In this document: piece by piece, positions 27,674 to 32,000 of the stretch
How the letters are laid out: each line of letters starts with the position of its first letter
How positions within the stretch are numbered: position 1 is the first letter of the stretch
Assembly: GCF_000253055.1 (NCBI RefSeq)
Contig: NC_016070.1
Location: 1,650,001-1,682,000, forward strand
Direction: 5' to 3'
Length of the DNA stretch: 32,000 nt
Source: Thermoproteus tenax Kra 1
GTDB lineage: Archaea; Thermoproteota; Thermoprotei; Thermoproteales; Thermoproteaceae
Notes under the pieces: model-generated
Databases searched by the model: none
Seen by the model: the letters and a program-made list of their open reading frames with translations, nothing else
Told to the model about the DNA's origin: nothing
Translations under genes and position numbers: made by a program

Positions 27674-28217
27674 AAATAATATAAATTGAAAATAAAATAA
27701 ACAATATAATTAATATTTTTAAATATAAATTAAATGATATAAAAAGTGAAAGAATTAACAATGATAAATACCCCGAGAGCGAGGAAACGCGTATTTTATG
27801 TTTTACAGTATTGAAAAGCGCACTGTAGATGTGTATATATGAATCTCTCCGCCGTGCCTCTATTTCTTCAATTTTATCTAAAATAGAGATATCCTCTTCT
27901 AATTTTTTTATAAATAAAAATTTATTATAAATAAATCTATCTTCAATTTTGTTTATATAATCTTTAAATTCTGGCGAAGAAAGGGCCTTGTTAAATATTA
28001 ATCTTACTTTTAGTCTCAATCTCTTTAATAAAAATTTTAATAATATTAGATTTATTACAATAAAAAATGGAGATAATATAATAATTTGTTTCATGAAAAT
28101 TGAAAAACCTAACAATAGAATGCTAAGAATGATTAGTGAGCCGTTGAGGGCAACGTATTTATTATACTCCTTTTCCACTATCTTTTTCACTTTTAGTTCA
28201 ATTAATTCATCTAACAT
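27660..28217 (-). CDS. small membrane protein, about 4 predicted TM helices flanking a charged helical segment
   Basis: The 185-aa ORF has two hydrophobic stretches near the N-terminus and two at the C-terminus. Its start overlaps the ATPase stop by 11 nt. It is extremely AT-rich and I recognise no family. Confidence 0.5.
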   Translation of the reverse strand: MLDELIELKVKKIVEKEYNKYVALNGSLIILSILLLGFSIFMKQIIILSPFFIVINLILLKFLLKRLRLKVRLIFNKALSSPEFKDYINKIEDRFIYNKFLFIKKLEEDISILDKIEEIEARRRDSYIHIYSALFNTVKHKIRVSSLSGYLSLLILSLFISFNLYLKILIILFILFSIYIIFNQI

Positions 28218-29238
28218 AAATTTGTTTAATATATCTTTTTATTATTTTATCATATGTCTTTTCAGTTTGAATTATAATAATATTGTTATAATCAATTTTA
28301 TAGTTTTCTAACCTCTTTATTGCGCCCTCTATAGTGTCCGAGTGCATCGTTGCCATGGTCTGGATCCCCAGCTCTTGGGCTCTTTTAAAAGCCTCAAAGT
28401 GCTCAGGATATTGTAATTCACCTAAAATGAATATATCAATATTTCTATTCAATGAAGAAAAAACATGTTTTAATTTATCTACAGTATTAATTTTTATCTG
28501 ATTATAGTTTTTCAAGTCAGGAAACTCATCGGCTTCATCGATATATACTCTCTGCCACCACTCCGGAAGGTCCAGATCGATTGCGCGGAGCAGTGTAGTC
28601 TTTCCGGAGCCAGGCGGCCCGGTGACAATCAAATTTTTTCGCTTATTCAATATATTATTTTTTATTTTTTTATAAATATTTTCCGAAAGAAAATCATTTT
28701 TCATTAAATCAAATATAGTAAAAATCTTTCTATGAATTCTAGTATATACATGGGGAGCGGAGACAATAGGCGGCAAGTCTATAGAGACTCTCAGCTTCAA
28801 AGGTCCCAGGTTGAGGCCGTACCTGAAAGAAGGATTGTCCCTCAATAACTTGAGCCCCTTAGCAGAGGCGATCCTAAGAAAAACTTCGACTAAGTCATGG
28901 GAGGCAATCGCCCTGCTCAAGTATTTTCCATTAATCGAGTTTATTATTATATTTTTATTGGGAATTAATACTATATCTTCAATTTTATTATTAATAAAAA
29001 ATTTGTATAATAAATTTAAATTGATTGAACTCAGTGTGTAGAATAATGCGGCTTTCGGATTTCTTAATATCTTGGATAAAAGCTTATAGCGCAATATTAA
29101 TGTATGATCAATATCTAAATAGTAAATTCTATTTATTAATGTTATTATTTTATTTAATTTATATTTTTTTAGTTCTTTAGGGCTTATACTTTCGCTTTCA
29201 ATCAATCTGGGCAATATTAGTAATTCAGCTCCTTGCAT
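28207..29238 (-). CDS. VirB11/FlaI/PilT-type (T2SSE-family) secretion ATPase, short form (343 aa)
   Basis: The Walker A is VTGPPGSGKTTLLRAI. The Walker B-like motif is RVYIDEADEF. ILGELQYPEHFEAF matches the xGEvRg.Ea box. The His box is ATMHSDTIEGAIKRL. The N-terminal part (EDIVLIPNKNIIINSINGKYL ... LRVSIDLPP...) fits the family layout. Confidence 0.8.
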   Translation of the reverse strand: MQGAELLILPRLIESESISPKELKKYKLNKIITLINRIYYLDIDHTLILRYKLLSKILRNPKAALFYTLSSINLNLLYKFFINNKIEDIVLIPNKNIIINSINGKYLSRAIASHDLVEVFLRIASAKGLKLLRDNPSFRYGLNLGPLKLRVSIDLPPIVSAPHVYTRIHRKIFTIFDLMKNDFLSENIYKKIKNNILNKRKNLIVTGPPGSGKTTLLRAIDLDLPEWWQRVYIDEADEFPDLKNYNQIKINTVDKLKHVFSSLNRNIDIFILGELQYPEHFEAFKRAQELGIQTMATMHSDTIEGAIKRLENYKIDYNNIIIIQTEKTYDKIIKRYIKQIYVR

Positions 29239-29699
29239 AATTTCCTCAGTTGAGTTGCTGTATCGCGTATTGTCAATTTGCTTATTCCTAACCTCCTAGC
29301 TATTTGTTCTTTATTTATATTTAATTTAAATTTATTTGAAATAAGATATACTATAGTAGCAGCGATCACCTTTGGGTTTTTACCTTGTATTTTCACCTTA
29401 TTGATGTCCTTCAATACTTGGATCGACGACCTAAATACCTCCTCAGGCAAATCTAATTCTCTGCATAATACTTTAATATACATTAAAATTTTTTCGGAAT
29501 AAGAATATTTTTTCTCTATAACTTTTTGATTTAATTGCATTAATAATATTTTAGATGCTATATCTTTGTTGCGCCCTAGCTGTATGTACTTAATTCTGGG
29601 AACATAAAGTACAGGCCCTAGAACACTTCCACATTTACGGCAGACGTACTCTCCGCTCGATATTATGATATCATCGGAGCCGCAGTAAGAACACCTCAT
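29217..29699 (-). CDS. truncated TFB/TFIIB paralogue: zinc ribbon plus a single cyclin-like repeat
   Basis: MRCSYCGSDDIIISSGEYVCRKCG is a TFIIB-type ribbon. ...LCRELDLPEEVFRSSIQVLKDI...QGKNPKVIAATIVYLISNKF...KEQIARRLGISKLTIRDTATQLRKL is one TFIIB cyclin repeat with its HTH. At about 160 aa it is half the size of a normal TFB. The Met at 29699 has a TATA-like AATTTTATTG (29721-29730, minus strand) about 22-31 bp upstream. The track ORF starts at 29723. Confidence 0.7.
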   Translation of the reverse strand: MRCSYCGSDDIIISSGEYVCRKCGSVLGPVLYVPRIKYIQLGRNKDIASKILLMQLNQKVIEKKYSYSEKILMYIKVLCRELDLPEEVFRSSIQVLKDINKVKIQGKNPKVIAATIVYLISNKFKLNINKEQIARRLGISKLTIRDTATQLRKLCKELNY

Positions 29700-29764
29700 A
29701 TGGGTGCTGGGTAAATAGAGCAATAAAATTGATAGGTATTATTACACAACTACAGAGGGAGGTT

Positions 29765-30097
29765 CTAGGAACTAAGTTTTATGCCTATGTAGAGTCGCAC
29801 GCCAGGGCTTAACGGCAGACTTTTCTTTATCTTTAACAATAATCCACCTATTGAAATATAAGTGGAATTATTATCAACGTTATATACAATACCCCATAGG
29901 TAAATATCATATATCTTTTTATAATCACTATTTTTCTTTTCATCAAGATCGATTTTCAACCTTTTGCCTCTCTCCACATCTATGTTAAGCATCCTCAAGG
30001 GGAGCTCTAGCTCTATTTCGGCATCTCCGGTCATTGTTATTTTATAAATGGGATCCTCAACCACAGACACCTCACTCACCACCTCATTAAACTCCAT
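29765..30097 (-). CDS. rpo8: RNA polymerase subunit Rpo8 (RpoG, Rpb8 orthologue)
   Basis: The 110-aa ORF has the C-terminal pattern YLWGIVYNVDNNSTYISIGGLLLKIKK, matching the Rpb8/Rpo8 signature (Y-x-M/W-x-G-x-V-Y ... S-x-GGLL). Recognised from motif memory. Confidence 0.65.
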   Translation of the reverse strand: MEFNEVVSEVSVVEDPIYKITMTGDAEIELELPLRMLNIDVERGKRLKIDLDEKKNSDYKKIYDIYLWGIVYNVDNNSTYISIGGLLLKIKKSLPLSPGVRLYIGIKLSS

Positions 30098-30253
30098 GGG
30101 GTCACCACTTACTAGGAAATATAAGCTTTAAGTTTCACTTTTTTATTTTCTAGTTTAAATAATTTTATACATTTATAAAAATTTATTAGAATTATATTTT
30201 TATAAAATGAAATGTTAAGAAAAAACTTTAAATACTGATTAATTAATTCGCTC

Positions 30254-30676
30254 ATGTCTATTCTGGCCGAGGCTAACAAGAGATTTGTTGCAGAAATAAA
30301 TAGTTTATTGGGCAAGGAGGTGATAGTAGGCCTGTCCAACGGCGATGAATATAGAGGCGTGTTGTACGCTGTAGATAATCAGCTTAATCTTATCTTATAT
30401 GATACTACAACAAAATCGGGTAATAAATACTCTAAATCAATACTTATTTCAAGGTATATTATGTATATAAACTCAATAGAGAAGGAGGTAGATCTAAGGA
30501 GCTTTGCTAAATATGCCGAGAAGTACTTTCCGGGAATGGTTAAGTATATAGAGGAATCCAACATAGTGCTTATAGGAGACAAAGTGAGAGTGAGCGAGAT
30601 AGGGATAGAGGGCTCCGGGCCTCTCGCCGAGAGGGTTCGACAGATTTACGAGGAGTTTGTTAAAAAACGTGGATGA
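30254..30676 (+). CDS. Sm-like archaeal protein with C-terminal extension domain (SmAP3-type)
   Basis: The N-terminal Sm fold is LLGKEVIVGLSNGDEYRGVLYAVDNQLNLILYD...ILISRYIMYI, followed by a roughly 65-aa C-terminal domain. This architecture is known for Pyrobaculum Sm3. Confidence 0.8.
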   Translation: MSILAEANKRFVAEINSLLGKEVIVGLSNGDEYRGVLYAVDNQLNLILYDTTTKSGNKYSKSILISRYIMYINSIEKEVDLRSFAKYAEKYFPGMVKYIEESNIVLIGDKVRVSEIGIEGSGPLAERVRQIYEEFVKKRG

Positions 30677-32000
30677 GCTTTGAAGTTGAGACCAAGGACA
30701 TTCTCGGACGGGTAGGAAGGATTTACACAAGGTCGGGAGTTCTGGAGACGCCGAATATATTCCCCGTAATAGATATTAAAAAACAAGAATTAAAACTCGA
30801 TGTTGTAAAAAAATACTTTAATAATATTATTACAAATTCATACTTTATATACAATATATATAAATCGGTTGTTAGTATAAAGAATCTGTTGGGATGGGAT
30901 GGAATCCTTATGACGGACTCAGGAGCTTACCAACTTATGAGGTACGGCACCATAGACGTTGACCCCGATGATATCTTGAAGTATCAGGCCGAGATAGGAA
31001 GCGATATCGGCGTAATGTTGGACCTTCCTATGGACTCGGAGGAGTCGTACTTCGGCGCACTCATAAAGGTGGAGGAGACTCTGAGGAGAGCCCAGAGGGC
31101 GGCGGAGTTGCGCGAGGAGCTGGGAGGTATGTTGTTAGTGGGTCCCATCCAAGGCGGAGTCTATAAGGACTTGGTGGCGCGATCGGCGAGAAGAATGACG
31201 TCGTTGCCCTTCGACATCTACGCAATAGGTAGCCCTACCACTTTGCTCGAGGAATATCGCTTTGACGAGATACTCGATATAGTTTTGACCGCCAAGTTGA
31301 ACATGAGAAGAGAGGCACCATTACATCTGTTTGGGGCAGGCCACCCCCTTATTTTGCCCTTCGCTGTAGCGGCCGGCATAGATCTATTCGATAGCGCATC
31401 GTACATCCTCTATGCGAGAGACGACAGAATAATGTTGAGGGACAGGACCATTAGGTTAGAGGACGTGAAAACGGACTACCTTCCGTGTAGCACAAAACTG
31501 TGCAATAAACAAGTAAGTGAGCTGAAGGAGATGGATAAAATGGAGAGGACGCAACTTATAGCGGAGCACAACTTGGCTGTACTCAGAGAGGAGATCCTCG
31601 AGGTTAGACAGCGGATCTACGAGGGGACTTTGTGGGAGTATCTGGAGGAAAAGGCGCGCGCCCACAGGAGTCTGTATAGCTCATTACACTTGCTACGAAA
31701 GTTCACGAAGTTGGTCGAGGAGTACGACCCAGTGACACACCCGGAGGCCAGCGGGCTCCTGTTCTTCAGCGACACGGCACTCGGGAGACCTGAGCCCTAT
31801 AGACACAGAGCGCGTATGAGGTACAATTACGACGCGCCACCGAAACAGATAGCAATATTCTTAAAAGCAACCTCTAAACCCTATAATAGATCATGGGAAT
31901 ATATATTCTTAAACAAAATATTGATTTGTAGAGAAAAAATCCATATATTTTTTATAGATGAGATATTCGGCGTTGTGCCCGAGGAGATAGCCGAGGTATA
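30673..32000 (+). CDS. tgtA: archaeosine tRNA-guanine transglycosylase (ArcTGT), 5' part; runs off the right edge
   Basis: My translation from the ATG at 30673 is open to the window end: MSFEVETKDILGRVGRIYTRSGVLETPNIFPV..., LMTDSGAYQL, LHLFGAGHP, DLFDSASY, ...LIAEHNL. The ATG overlaps the Sm3 stop (ATGA). Confidence 0.9.
   Translation, partial: MSFEVETKDILGRVGRIYTRSGVLETPNIFPVIDIKKQELKLDVVKKYFNNIITNSYFIYNIYKSVVSIKNLLGWDGILMTDSGAYQLMRYGTIDVDPDDILKYQAEIGSDIGVMLDLPMDSEESYFGALIKVEETLRRAQRAAELREELGGMLLVGPIQGGVYKDLVARSARRMTSLPFDIYAIGSPTTLLEEYRFDEILDIVLTAKLNMRREAPLHLFGAGHPLILPFAVAAGIDLFDSASYILYARDDRIMLRDRTIRLEDVKTDYLPCSTKLCNKQVSELKEMDKMERTQLIAEHNLAVLREEILEVRQRIYEGTLWEYLEEKARAHRSLYSSLHLLRKFTKLVEEYDPVTHPEASGLLFFSDTALGRPEPYRHRARMRYNYDAPPKQIAIFLKATSKPYNRSWEYIFLNKILICREKIHIFFIDEIFGVVPEEIAEV

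Noticed and set aside
27660-30100. AT-rich island considered as an integrated virus or plasmid.
   Set aside because: I saw no integrase, flanking tRNA or direct repeats. AT-rich tracts also occur inside core genes all over the window, so composition alone cannot be used as evidence of integration here.
30112-30339. 75-aa minus-strand ORF in the rpo8/Sm3 divergent intergenic region.
   Set aside because: It is encoded by AT-rich promoter DNA, overlaps the start of the well-supported Sm3 gene in antisense, and has a low-complexity translation.

Overview
The window reads as a densely packed chromosomal core region of a crenarchaeon, probably Thermoproteales-like. I infer this from gene content (thermosome, family B DNA polymerase, aCPSF1, Rpo8, SmAP3, archaeal DnaG, ArcTGT, ribosomal proteins L2/S2/L37e/S17e) and from A/T-rich TATA-like boxes about 20-30 bp upstream of many start codons, which suggests leaderless transcripts. 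I support about 35 protein genes. Two are absent from the ORF track: a pyruvate kinase running off the left edge and a 52-aa L37e gene. A molybdenum-cofactor cluster is present (moaC-like, ModE-like regulator, moaA). A membrane Hanks-type kinase lies near a zinc-ribbon/FHA protein. I found no rRNA, no convincing tRNA and no CRISPR array. Four things stand out. (1) An extremely AT-rich, translationally coupled three-gene cassette at 27.66-29.72 kb encodes a one-cyclin TFB paralogue, a small VirB11/FlaI-type ATPase and a small 4-TM protein. (2) Sharp AT-rich tracts lie inside otherwise GC-rich conserved genes across the whole window. (3) Five decayed IS200/IS605 (TnpB-family) relics share hairpin-containing ends. 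(4) The moaC locus looks like two fused MoaC-like modules with complementary motif loss and a frameshift. All homology calls rest on motif recognition from memory, not on searches.
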